The notes below the pieces were generated by a model. It was not told the origin of the DNA and made no database searches. It saw only the letters and a program-made list of their open reading frames with translations. The position numbers and the translations under genes are program-made. A DNA stretch of 64,000 nucleotides from contig NZ_MKVB01000006.1 of assembly GCF_001899085.1 (NCBI RefSeq), positions 1,073,492 to 1,137,491 on the forward strand. The letters are read 5' to 3'. Below are positions 27,694 to 37,197 of the stretch, in pieces. Source of the DNA: Devosia sp. 66-14. GTDB taxonomy: Bacteria; Pseudomonadota; Alphaproteobacteria; Rhizobiales; Devosiaceae. The number at the start of each line of letters is the position of its first letter. Position 1 is the first letter of the stretch.

Positions 27694-30600
27694 ATGGCGA
27701 TGCAGACATGTTCGAAGTGCGGTTTCAGCAACCCGGACTCGGCAAGATTCTGCGCCAATTGCGGTAATGCACTCGAGCCGCCGCGCCCCGTCGAGGGGGA
27801 GCGGCGTTTTGCTACGGTGCTGTTCGCCGACGTCGCCCGCTCCACCACCATTGCCGAGCAGATGGACCCCGAGGACTGGGCAGGCATCATGAATGGCGCC
27901 TTCGCCTTCATGAATGCGGCCGTCTCGCATTATGGCGGCACGGTCTCGCGGTTGATGGGCGATGCGGTGCTGGCCCTGTTCGGGGCGCCGATCGCGCATG
28001 AGGACGATGCGGAGCGGGCGGTGCGCGCCGGGCTGGAAATGCAGGAAGCGGCGATGCGCTACGCCGCCGGGATCAAGCAGCAGCACGGCGTCGATTTCGA
28101 CCTGCGCGTCGGGATCAACACCGGCATCGCGGTGCTGGCATTCGTCGGCGACGCGATCCGTACCGAGTACACCGCGCTGGGCGACGCGGCCAACGTAGCG
28201 GCGCGGCTGCAATCGGCGGCCGAGCCGGGCACGGTGCTGATCAGCGCCGACACCCACAAGCTGGTGCACGCCCTGTTCGACTTTCGCCCGCGCGGCCGGA
28301 TCGAGATGAAGGGCAAGGCCGAACCGGTCGACTCCTACGAGGTCGCCGGCGTCAGGGCGACGCCTGGAGCAACGCGTGGGCTCGAGGGCCTGACGTCGCC
28401 GCTGGTGGGCCGCGCGCGCGAAATCGGGCTGATGCGCGACCGCCTCAGCGAACTCGGCAAGGGAACCGGGTCGGTGGTGGCGGTGATCGGCGAGGCCGGA
28501 TTGGGCAAATCACGGCTCATCGCCGAACTGAAACAGCTGCGCGACGCCCTGCCCGAGCCGCGCCCGATCTGGCGCGAGAGCCGCGCCATCTCCTACGGAC
28601 AATCGATCCCCTATTATCCCTGGCGCCAGTTGGGACGCCTCATCGTCGGGGCCGACGACATGGACGCGGCACCGGTGGTGCGCGACAAGATCGCCGCCTG
28701 GGTGGCCCGGCTGGGGCTCAAACCCACCGACGTGCCGTTCTACGAGACGATGATCGCGGTCGAAGGAGAGGCGAGCCGCATTGCATTGAGCGCCATGTCG
28801 GGTGAGGCGGTGGTCAACGGAGTGGCCGCGGCGATCGTCAACGCCATCAAGGCGGTGATGCATGCAGGGGGCGGCGTGGTGCCCTATGTCATGGTGATGG
28901 ACGACCTGCATTGGTCAGACAGCGCCACGCTGGAACTCATCGCGCAGGTCGCGACGCTGGCAGCCTTCGAGCCGATCACGCTGGTGCTGATCCTGCGGCC
29001 GGACCGGAAAGCCGCGAGCTGGCAACTGGTCGATCGCCTGCAGGCGAGCCTGGGCAGCAGCTTTGACAAGATCGAACTCGAGCCGCTCGGTGCCGCAGCA
29101 TCGGGGGAACTGCTGAGCAACCTGCTGCATATCGAGGAACTGCCCGAGTCGATCCGCCAGCAGATTCTCGAACGCTCGGAAGGCAACCCGTTCTATCTCG
29201 AGGAGGTGCTGCGCTCGCTGATCGATGGCGGCCAGGTGGTGCGCGATGGGGTGCATTGGCGGGCGACGCGGGCGATCCTCGAGGCGACGATCCCCGATAC
29301 GCTGGCCGGGGTGCTGAGCGCGCGGATCGACCGGCTGCCGGATTCGACCAAGCGCGTGGCGCAGACCGCCGCGGTCATCGGCCGGGTGTTCCAGCATCGG
29401 GTGCTGGAAACGATCTGCCGGGAGGCGCCGGCGACGGAGCGGATCGAGCATGTCGAGCCGCACCTGGCGACGCTCAGCTACGAGCAACTGGTGCGCGAGA
29501 AGGCGCGCGAACCCGAACGCGAGTATATCTTCAAGCATGCCCTGACCTGCGAGGCAGCCTATGGCCTGCTGCTGCGCTCGCGCCGCAAGGACCTGCACGC
29601 CCGCTGCGGCGAGGCGCTGGAGGCGTTGTTCGCCGAGCGCCGCGACGAGTTCGCCGCCATGCTGGCGCACCATTTCGAGGAAGCCGGCGACCTGCCGCGG
29701 ACGCTGCAATACGCGCGGATCGCGGCCGAGAACGCCCGGCGCGTCTATGCGGTGCGCGAGGAACTGGTGCATCGCGAGCGGATTCTCGCGACGCTCGACC
29801 GGATGCCGGACGCCAGCGCTGCCGACATCATCGACGCCATTCTCGAGTGGGCCTGGGTGCGCAACCGGCGCGGCCAGTATGATGGCCTGTTGCCGCAGGT
29901 CGAGCGTGCGGTACAGATCGCCCGTGAGCTCGGCGACAAGCGACGGCTGGGGCTGGCGCTGTCGTGGATGGGCAACGTGCATATGGTGACGGGCTTCCCG
30001 TCGCGCGGCTTCCCCTATCTCAAGGAGGCCCAGGGGCTGGCCACCGAAATCGGCGACGACCAGGTGCTGCTGCTCCCACTGTTCATCGCGACGTGGTCGC
30101 TGGTCGAGCGAGATGCCCGCTCCGGCGAGGAAAAGCTCGCCGAGGTGATCGAAATGGCGCGCAAACAGGATGCTCCCGACATCCTCGGCCACGCACTCAC
30201 CTACCGGGCCATGGCGCTGGCGCGGCTGGGGCAATTCGACCAGGCCAACGGGCTGATCGACGAAGCGCTGGGCATGATCTCGACGATCAGCTCGCCGGTG
30301 AAGCAGGCCGACGTGCATATCGGCGCCAGCATGGCCTATTACGACATGGGCGACATCGAGAAGGGTCTCGAACACGCGCATCTGGGCGCCGACCTGGCGA
30401 TGTCGGCCAATGGCCTCGAATGCGCCTGCGCCGGTTATTTCGGGGTCGGCCGCGGCGAACTCGACCGGCGCAACATCGACGATGCGCTGGCGCAGTTCCG
30501 CCGGTCGTTGAAGCTCGCCGATGCCGTGGGCATGGACTACTACATCAACCTGATCCGTGCCGGGGTGGCCGAAGCCGAATTCGAGAAAGGCACGACGGGC

Positions 30601-30936
30601 TCGGTCGAGCAGTTGCGCAGCGCCATCGAGAGCGCGCGATCGACCGATGACGATTTCGTGGTCGCGGCGCTCGCCATGCCATTCGCACGCGCCCTCATGC
30701 GGCTGGACCGGGCCGGCGAGGCACGGGACGCCATCGCCGCCGCCATCGCCTATTTCCGCCGGATGGCGCTCAAGCCTTATCTCGCCAATGCCTTGATCGT
30801 GCTCGGCGACGTCGCCGATGCGCAGGGCGACGGCACCGCCGCCGCGACAGCCCGCGAAGAGGCCGCAAGCCTGCGCGATGAATTCCGGCTGCCATCGCCG
30901 CCGCCCGCGACGCCCGCTCCGGTGCTGCAGGCCTAG
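27694..30936 (+). CDS. Class III adenylate/guanylate cyclase with N-terminal zinc ribbon, AAA/STAND ATPase and TPR-like C-terminus
   Basis: 'CSKCG...FCANCG', 'VLFADV', 'GDAVLALFG', 'LGDAANVAARLQ', P-loop 'GEAGLGKS', Walker B 'MDDLHWSD', 'EGNPFYLEE'. Confidence 0.9.
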   Translation: MAMQTCSKCGFSNPDSARFCANCGNALEPPRPVEGERRFATVLFADVARSTTIAEQMDPEDWAGIMNGAFAFMNAAVSHYGGTVSRLMGDAVLALFGAPIAHEDDAERAVRAGLEMQEAAMRYAAGIKQQHGVDFDLRVGINTGIAVLAFVGDAIRTEYTALGDAANVAARLQSAAEPGTVLISADTHKLVHALFDFRPRGRIEMKGKAEPVDSYEVAGVRATPGATRGLEGLTSPLVGRAREIGLMRDRLSELGKGTGSVVAVIGEAGLGKSRLIAELKQLRDALPEPRPIWRESRAISYGQSIPYYPWRQLGRLIVGADDMDAAPVVRDKIAAWVARLGLKPTDVPFYETMIAVEGEASRIALSAMSGEAVVNGVAAAIVNAIKAVMHAGGGVVPYVMVMDDLHWSDSATLELIAQVATLAAFEPITLVLILRPDRKAASWQLVDRLQASLGSSFDKIELEPLGAAASGELLSNLLHIEELPESIRQQILERSEGNPFYLEEVLRSLIDGGQVVRDGVHWRATRAILEATIPDTLAGVLSARIDRLPDSTKRVAQTAAVIGRVFQHRVLETICREAPATERIEHVEPHLATLSYEQLVREKAREPEREYIFKHALTCEAAYGLLLRSRRKDLHARCGEALEALFAERRDEFAAMLAHHFEEAGDLPRTLQYARIAAENARRVYAVREELVHRERILATLDRMPDASAADIIDAILEWAWVRNRRGQYDGLLPQVERAVQIARELGDKRRLGLALSWMGNVHMVTGFPSRGFPYLKEAQGLATEIGDDQVLLLPLFIATWSLVERDARSGEEKLAEVIEMARKQDAPDILGHALTYRAMALARLGQFDQANGLIDEALGMISTISSPVKQADVHIGASMAYYDMGDIEKGLEHAHLGADLAMSANGLECACAGYFGVGRGELDRRNIDDALAQFRRSLKLADAVGMDYYINLIRAGVAEAEFEKGTTGSVEQLRSAIESARSTDDDFVVAALAMPFARALMRLDRAGEARDAIAAAIAYFRRMALKPYLANALIVLGDVADAQGDGTAAATAREEAASLRDEFRLPSPPPATPAPVLQA

Positions 30937-30938
30937 CC

Positions 30939-32639
30939 ATGGACAAGCCGGTGATCCTTGCCGTGGATGACGAGCCTTCGGTTCTCGCCGCGGTGGCGCG
31001 TGACCTCAGGCGCCACTACGCAGCCGCATACGACGTGGAGCGCGCCGCTTCGGGAGCCGAGGCGCTGGAGGTGCTCAAGGACCTCAAGCTCGCCGGGCGC
31101 ATCGTGGCGCTGTTCGTGGTGGATCAGCGGATGCCGGAAATGAACGGCGTGACGTTTCTGAGCCGCGCGATGGAGCTCTACCCGGAAGCTCGCCGGGTGC
31201 TGCTGACCGCCTATGCCGATACCGACGCGGCGATCCGGGCGATCAACGAGGTGCGGCTCGACCACTACCTGATGAAACCCTGGCACCCGCCCGAGGAGCA
31301 GCTCTATCCGGTGCTCGACGACCTGCTCGACGACTGGCGCGCCAGCTACCAGCCGGTGTTCGAGGGGGTGCGGGTGATCGGGCACCGCTGGCTGGCCGAC
31401 GGCCATCGGGTGCGCGATTTCCTGGCGAGGAACCTGGTGCCCTATCGCTGGCTCGACATCGAGACCGATGCCGAAGCGGAAACGCTGCGCGGGCTGGCAG
31501 GTGCGGCGGCCGAGCCGCTGCCGCTGGTGATCCTCGCCGACGGGACGGCGCTGTCGCGCCCGACGATCGCCGCGCTGGCCGAACGGCTGGGGCTGCACAC
31601 CCGTGCGACGGCCGAGACCTATGACCTGCTGGTCGTCGGCACCGGGCCGGCCGGGCTGGCAGCGGCGGTGTACGGTGCATCGGAGGGTCTGAGGACGCTC
31701 CTGGTCGAGCGCGAGGCGCCCGGGGGACAGGCCGGCACCAGTTCGCGCATCGAGAATTACCTCGGCTTCCCGGTGGGGCTCAGCGGGGCCGACCTGACGC
31801 GGCGCGGCGTGCAGCAGGCGCGGCGGTTCGGCGCCGAGATCCTGACGCCGGTCGAAGCCGTGCGTCTCGAAACGCAGGACGGCTATCACCTCGTAACGCT
31901 GAGCAATGGCAACACGGTCGCCGCACAGGCGCTGCTGATCGCGACCGGCGTCTCGTACCGGCTGCTGGAGGTACCGGGCGCGGAGCGGCTCTCGGGCGCC
32001 GGGCTCTATTATGGTGCGGCGATGACCGAGGCGATGGGCACTGCCGGACAGGATGTGCTCGTGGTGGGTGCCGGCAACTCGGCGGGGCAAGCGGCACTGC
32101 ACCTGGCACGCTATGCCAGGTCGGTCACGGTGCTGGTACGGGGAAAATCGCTTGCCGACAGCATGTCGCAATACCTGATCGAACGGATCGAGGAGACCGA
32201 GAACGTCGCCGTGCAGACCGGCGCCTCGATCAATGCACTGCTCGGCGAGGAAAGCCTCGAGGCGGCGGCGGTGCTCGACAATGCGACCGGTGCGGTGACC
32301 CAGGTGCCGGCGCGGGCGGCCTTCGTGTTCATCGGCGCTTCACCACGCACCGACTGGCTCAAGGGCAAGCTGCAGCTCGACGCCCAAGGCTTCATTCTGT
32401 CGGGACCGGATCTGGTACGCGAGCCCGGCCGCCGGCCAGACGGCTGGACGCTCGAGCGCGAGCCGTTCTGGCTGGAAACCAGCGTGCCCGGGATCTTCGT
32501 GGCCGGCGACGTGCGGCGGCAATCGACCAAGCGGATCGCTTCGGCGGTCGGCGAGGGGGCGATGGCAGTGACCTTCGTGCACCAGCACCTGCGCGGCCCG
32601 GCTCCCGCGCAACGGCCGCCGCCGGCATCAGGTGGCTGA
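30939..32639 (+). CDS. Response-regulator receiver fused to a thioredoxin-reductase-like FAD oxidoreductase
   Basis: REC motifs 'AVDDE', 'VVDQRMP', 'LTAY', 'MKPW'. TrxB motifs 'VVGTGPAGLAAA', 'GGQAGTSSRIENYLGF', 'VVGAGNSAGQ', 'GIFVAGDV'. Confidence 0.9.
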   Translation: MDKPVILAVDDEPSVLAAVARDLRRHYAAAYDVERAASGAEALEVLKDLKLAGRIVALFVVDQRMPEMNGVTFLSRAMELYPEARRVLLTAYADTDAAIRAINEVRLDHYLMKPWHPPEEQLYPVLDDLLDDWRASYQPVFEGVRVIGHRWLADGHRVRDFLARNLVPYRWLDIETDAEAETLRGLAGAAAEPLPLVILADGTALSRPTIAALAERLGLHTRATAETYDLLVVGTGPAGLAAAVYGASEGLRTLLVEREAPGGQAGTSSRIENYLGFPVGLSGADLTRRGVQQARRFGAEILTPVEAVRLETQDGYHLVTLSNGNTVAAQALLIATGVSYRLLEVPGAERLSGAGLYYGAAMTEAMGTAGQDVLVVGAGNSAGQAALHLARYARSVTVLVRGKSLADSMSQYLIERIEETENVAVQTGASINALLGEESLEAAAVLDNATGAVTQVPARAAFVFIGASPRTDWLKGKLQLDAQGFILSGPDLVREPGRRPDGWTLEREPFWLETSVPGIFVAGDVRRQSTKRIASAVGEGAMAVTFVHQHLRGPAPAQRPPPASGG

Positions 32640-32642
32640 GCC

Positions 32643-34088
32643 ATGTCCGCAGTTGCAGCCGACGCTCGGCAGAGCACCGACCTGATCCGCCAGGTGCCGA
32701 TGTTTGCCGAACTGAGCGAGGCCGAAGCGAGCGAGCTCTGGCATGCCGGCCGGCGGGTCGGGCTCAGCCCCGGCGAGGTGTTCATCCGCGAGGGCGAGCA
32801 AGGCGGTACGCTCTACATTATCCTTGCTGGCGCAGTGGAGGTGACCAAGCGGGACGGCGAGCACGAGGTGACGCTGGCAACGCGCGGGCCCGGGGAGTTC
32901 CTCGGCGAGATGTCCCTCCTCGAACAGGCGCCTCGCACCGCATCGGTGCGAGCCACCGAGCCGAGCCAGGTGCTGGCCATCGGCTCGGAAGCATTCCGCC
33001 AGTTGCTGGCACGGCGACCGGAGGCGGCGGCGACGCTGCTGCGCACCGTGACCTCGCGCCTCAGGAGCACCGAGGCCTCGCTGGTGCAGGCCGACAAGCT
33101 GGCGGCGCTTGGAACGTTGGCGGCGGGGCTCGCGCATGAGCTCAACAATCCCGCCGCCGCGATCCAGCGCTCGACCGGATATCTCAGTGAAGCGTTCGAG
33201 GAGTGGCGCCGCCGGACGGTCGAACTCAGCATGCTGGAGATGACACCCGAGGAGCGGCAGGGGCTGGCGGAACTGGAGCGCAGCATCGCCGATTGCCGGG
33301 CAACGCGCTGCTCCGACGCCGAGGCGCGACGGATCGAGTCGCGGCTGAGCCAGCGGCTCGAAGGGCTCGGAATCGCCGATCCCTGGGAAATCGCCCCGGC
33401 GATGGCCGCCTATGGCTGGTCGGTCGAACGGCTGGAGCCGGTACTGGCCAGCTTTGCCGCAGCGCATGTCACCCCGGTGCTGCACTGGCTGGGGCGCGGG
33501 CTGGCGGCGCAGCAGCTGATGGAAGAGATCGAGGTCGCCTCCAAGGCGATCTCCGGCATCGTCAGGTCGGTGAAGGCCTATGCCTATCTCGACCAGGCGC
33601 CGGTGCAGGATGTCGATATCGCCATGAGCCTCGACGACACGCTGATGATCCTCAATCACAAGCTGAAGCACGGGGTAACGGTGACCCGACTGTACGAGCC
33701 GGCTCTGCCCCGGATCGAGGCCTATGCCGGCGAGCTGAACCAGGTGTGGACCAACCTGATCGACAACGCCGTGCAGGCGATGGATGGGACGGGCCGGCTG
33801 GAAGTCGGCGCCAGGCGACTGGGCGATGAGGTCGAGGTACTGATCGCCGACAGCGGGCCGGGCATCCCCGAGGACGTGGGGCGGCGGATCTTCGAGCCGT
33901 TCTTCACCACCAAGGCACAGGGCGTCGGCACCGGCCTCGGCCTTCACATCGCGCACAACATCGTGGTGAACCGGCACCGCGGGCGCATCAGCTTCAGCTC
34001 CCGCCCCGGGCGGACCGAGTTCCGCATCGTGTTGCCATTGCGGCTGGGCCGCCCAGCGACACCGGAGAAGACCCATGGCGATGGGTGA
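32643..34088 (+). CDS. cNMP-binding-domain sensor histidine kinase
   Basis: cNMP '[10 protein letters not shown]...PRTASV'. H-box 'AHELNNP', N-box '[10 protein letters not shown]', G boxes 'DSGPGI' and 'GTGLGL'. Confidence 0.92.
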   Translation: MSAVAADARQSTDLIRQVPMFAELSEAEASELWHAGRRVGLSPGEVFIREGEQGGTLYIILAGAVEVTKRDGEHEVTLATRGPGEFLGEMSLLEQAPRTASVRATEPSQVLAIGSEAFRQLLARRPEAAATLLRTVTSRLRSTEASLVQADKLAALGTLAAGLAHELNNPAAAIQRSTGYLSEAFEEWRRRTVELSMLEMTPEERQGLAELERSIADCRATRCSDAEARRIESRLSQRLEGLGIADPWEIAPAMAAYGWSVERLEPVLASFAAAHVTPVLHWLGRGLAAQQLMEEIEVASKAISGIVRSVKAYAYLDQAPVQDVDIAMSLDDTLMILNHKLKHGVTVTRLYEPALPRIEAYAGELNQVWTNLIDNAVQAMDGTGRLEVGARRLGDEVEVLIADSGPGIPEDVGRRIFEPFFTTKAQGVGTGLGLHIAHNIVVNRHRGRISFSSRPGRTEFRIVLPLRLGRPATPEKTHGDG

Positions 34089-34368
34089 AGGCTGCAGCCA
34101 TGGCGCGCTGATCAGCGACGTCGAGCCGAACTCGACCGACACCTGCCCCGAGTGCGTGGCGCGCGGCGACGGGTGGGTGCATCTGCGGGTGTGTCTCGTC
34201 TGCGGCCAGGTCGGCTGCTGCGACGAATCGCCGAACCGCCATGCGCGCCGGCACTTTCATGCGACCGGCCACCCGGTGATCCAGTCGTACGAAATCGGCG
34301 AGAACTGGCGCTACTGCTTCATCGACGATGTCGAGCTGCCCGCGGGCGAACCGATGCGCCGAAGCTAA
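34075..34368 (+). CDS. Standalone UBP-type zinc finger protein
   Basis: 'CSH...CPEC...WVHLRVCLVCGQVGCCDESPNRHARRHFHATGHP'. Confidence 0.88.
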   Translation: MAMGEGCSHGALISDVEPNSTDTCPECVARGDGWVHLRVCLVCGQVGCCDESPNRHARRHFHATGHPVIQSYEIGENWRYCFIDDVELPAGEPMRRS

Positions 34369-35489
34369 AGCGCAAACGGCTTGAAGTGCTTGCTGAGCTT
34401 CAGCGTCTGCGCCTGGTAGTTCGAACCGAGCCCGGTGCCGTAAAGCCGGTCGGGGGCTTCGGCCAGCCGCTCGTAGATCAGCCGGCCGATGGTCTGGCCG
34501 TGGCCGAGCAGGAACGGCACCTCGCGGCTGCGCACTTCGAGCACCGCACGGCTGCCGGTGCCGCCGGCGGCGGAGTGGCCGAAGCCGGGGTCGAAGAAGC
34601 CGGCATAGTGAACGCGGAACTCGCCGACCAGCGGATCGAACGGCACCATTTCGGCCGCATAGGCCGGCGGGACGTGCACGCTTTCGCGGGACACCAGGAT
34701 GTAGAACTCGTCGGGATCGAGGATGAACTCATCGGCGCCGCGGTTGATCAGCGGCTCCCAGTAGTCGAGGACATCGAGATTATCCTTGATGTCCATGTCG
34801 ATGACGGGGGTATGGCGCTTCGAACGGAAGCCGATCAACCCGTTCCGGTCGGCGCCCTTCAGATCGATCGACAGCAGCACGCCCTCGCCGACCTCGGCGT
34901 TGGCGTCGAACACCAGGGTTTCGACATTGTGCAGCGACTTGTGTTCGAACAGGCTCAGCCGGCTGTCGCCGACCCGGAAGCGCATCTGGCTGAGGCGCGA
35001 GCCGGTGCGAACGCGCACCGGGAAGGTGCGCGGGCTGATCTCGAGGTAAAGCGGCCCCTTGTAGCCGGAGGGCACCGTGTCGAAGCCGCGGGCGTGGTCG
35101 CCGATGACGCGGGTGAAGACATCGAGCCGCCCGGTGGAGCTCTTGGGGTTGGCGCCGGCCGATACCGGATCGGGCAGGTTCAGGCCTTCCTGCAGCGGCA
35201 CCAGGTAGACACAGCCGCGCTCGAGCACGGCGCTGCCGGTCAGGTCGAGCTCATGCAGCTTCAGCGTTTCGATGCGCTCGGCCACGGTATGCTCCGGCCC
35301 GGGCAGGAAGCTCGAGCGGATGCGATAGGCGACCTTGCCCAACCTCAGATCGAGGCTGGCCGGCTGCACCTGGTCGGCATCGAAGGGACGATCGCTGACG
35401 ATATTGCCGCGCGCGGCCAGCCGCTCGATGAAACGGGCGGGGAACACGCCCTTGGCCCAAAGCTCGCTATCCAATGACCTACCCCGCAA
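34365..35489 (-). CDS. dcd: 2'-deoxycytidine 5'-triphosphate deaminase (long alphaproteobacterial type)
   Basis: 'QVQPASLDLRLG', 'ANPKSSTGRLDVFTR', 'EFRVHYAGFFDPGFG'. Exact start uncertain. Confidence 0.88.
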   Translation of the reverse strand: MRGRSLDSELWAKGVFPARFIERLAARGNIVSDRPFDADQVQPASLDLRLGKVAYRIRSSFLPGPEHTVAERIETLKLHELDLTGSAVLERGCVYLVPLQEGLNLPDPVSAGANPKSSTGRLDVFTRVIGDHARGFDTVPSGYKGPLYLEISPRTFPVRVRTGSRLSQMRFRVGDSRLSLFEHKSLHNVETLVFDANAEVGEGVLLSIDLKGADRNGLIGFRSKRHTPVIDMDIKDNLDVLDYWEPLINRGADEFILDPDEFYILVSRESVHVPPAYAAEMVPFDPLVGEFRVHYAGFFDPGFGHSAAGGTGSRAVLEVRSREVPFLLGHGQTIGRLIYERLAEAPDRLYGTGLGSNYQAQTLKLSKHFKPFAL

Positions 35490-35610
35490 CCCGGAACGCG
35501 CTGCCGTTTCGGCGAGGCGCTCCAGAGCTTTGACCTTTCGCGCGTCGGCGACAGGAAGTCTGCAGCTTTCCTGAAGGCGCCCTAACCACCTCCCCTAGCA
35601 ACCTGAGGCG

Positions 35611-35640
35611 TTGACGCCAAGACGGCATGGGTCGTATATC
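35611..35640 (+). promoter_or_regulatory. Sigma70-like promoter for metZ
   Basis: TTGACG-N18-TATATC, upstream of the riboswitch. Confidence 0.45.
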
Positions 35641-35718
35641 CACGCTATGCGCCTTTGCGGTGACGCCAAGCTTTCGCCGTTTCGTTGAAACGGCGAAATG
35701 CTCCGGTCTCCGAAGTGG

Positions 35719-35766
35719 TCGCGCTTTCGAACCGGAAAAGTCTCACAACTTTTCCTGAAAGCGCTC
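35719..35766. repeat. Short Rhizobiales-type nested palindromic repeat, copy 1
   Basis: GCGCTTTC..GGAAAAGT-ctcaca-ACTTTTCC..GAAAGCGC. Its reverse complement matches 58376..58420. Confidence 0.65.
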
Positions 35767-35774
35767 CGGGCGCA

Positions 35775-35828
35775 TGGTGGTGATTTGGCCGGTCTGATTG
35801 CAGCCACCTAAAACAAGTCGCTAAAGAG
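35775..35828 (+). promoter_or_regulatory. SAM-II (SAM-alpha) riboswitch
   Basis: GTGGTGATTTG...TTGCAGCCAC.TAAAACAAGTCGCTAAAG matches the SAM-II consensus and lies in the metZ leader. Confidence 0.88.
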
Positions 35829-35884
35829 ACCCGTTGAGCCGGCCGCCAGAACGCGTGCCGGCTTTGTTGTTTTCGAGGCTAGAG

Positions 35885-37096
35885 ATGTCGAAGTCGAAGA
35901 ATCCGCTGAACGACGAGAAAAACCGCTCCCCCGCCACCCAGGTCGTGCATGGCGGCACGCAGCGAAGCCAGTTCAAAGAGACCTCGGAAGCGATCTTCAT
36001 GAACTCGGGCTACTCCTACCCGAGCTCGCAATATGCCGAGGACCTGTTCCTCAACAAGATCAACAAACCGGCCCATAATTACTCGCGCTTCGCCAACCCG
36101 ACGATGGACATGTTCCAGGACCGGATGGCGCTGCTCGAAGGCGCGGAAGCCGCGCGGGCCTTCGCCACCGGCATGTCGGCAGTCACCAACGCAGTGATGA
36201 GCCAGGTGCGGGCCGGCGACCACATCGTGGCGGCGCGCGCGCTATTCGGCGGGTGTCGCTATGTCGTCGAGGACCTGATGCCGCGCTTCGGCGTCAACTC
36301 CACGCTGGTCGACGGGCGCGACCCCGAGAACTTCGCCCGGGCGATGCGAGAGAACACCAAGGTGATCTTCATCGAGACGCCGACCAACCCGACGCTGGAA
36401 CTGGTCGACATCGCGGCCGTGGCGAAGATCGCCAAGGCGCATGGCGCCAAGCTGATCGTCGACAACGTGTTCGCCACCGCGCTGTTCCAGAAGCCGTTGC
36501 AGCTGGGCGCGGACCTCGTCACCTATTCGGCGACCAAGCATATCGACGGCCAGGGCCGGGCACTGGGCGGTATCGTTCTGGGGTCGAAGGAACTGATCGA
36601 GGGTGATGTACACACCCTGTTGCGCCAGACCGGGCCGTCATTGTCGCCGTTCAATGCGTGGGTGCTGCTCAAGGGCATCGAGACGCTGCCGATCCGCGTC
36701 AGGCAGATGACCGAGGGCGCGACTAAGGTGGCCGACTTCCTCGCCGGGCACCCCAAGATCGAGCGCGTCTCCTACCCGTTCCACCCCTCGCACCCGCAAT
36801 ACGAACTGGCCAAGCGGCAGATGAAGAGCGGTTCGACGCTGGTGGCGTTCGAGGTCAAGGGTGGGCGCGAGGCGGCGTTCACGCTGTCGGACTCGCTGGC
36901 GGTGATCCTGATCTCCAACAACCTCGGAGATGCCAAATCGCTGATCACCCATCCGGGCACCACCACCCATGCCCGGTTCACCGAGGAGGTTCGGCTGGAA
37001 TCGGGCATCACCCCGGGCCTGCTGCGGCTTTCGGTGGGGCTCGAGGACGCCGATGACCTGATCAAGGACCTCGAATACGGGCTGAGCCAGGTCTAG
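35885..37096 (+). CDS. metZ: O-succinylhomoserine sulfhydrylase
   Basis: 'ETSEAIFMNSGY', 'YSRFANPT', PLP lysine 'YSATKHIDGQGR', 'SNNLGDAKSLITHP'. SAM-II leader. Confidence 0.93.
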   Translation: MSKSKNPLNDEKNRSPATQVVHGGTQRSQFKETSEAIFMNSGYSYPSSQYAEDLFLNKINKPAHNYSRFANPTMDMFQDRMALLEGAEAARAFATGMSAVTNAVMSQVRAGDHIVAARALFGGCRYVVEDLMPRFGVNSTLVDGRDPENFARAMRENTKVIFIETPTNPTLELVDIAAVAKIAKAHGAKLIVDNVFATALFQKPLQLGADLVTYSATKHIDGQGRALGGIVLGSKELIEGDVHTLLRQTGPSLSPFNAWVLLKGIETLPIRVRQMTEGATKVADFLAGHPKIERVSYPFHPSHPQYELAKRQMKSGSTLVAFEVKGGREAAFTLSDSLAVILISNNLGDAKSLITHPGTTTHARFTEEVRLESGITPGLLRLSVGLEDADDLIKDLEYGLSQV

Positions 37097-37197
37097 GGCG
37101 AGGTGTCCGGCCTGACGCAATCTGCGAGTGCAGACGGCGTCGGGCCGGCGGATCGCAGCGCGGCCGGGCGCATCTTGCCGACGACGCGGCGAACGGC

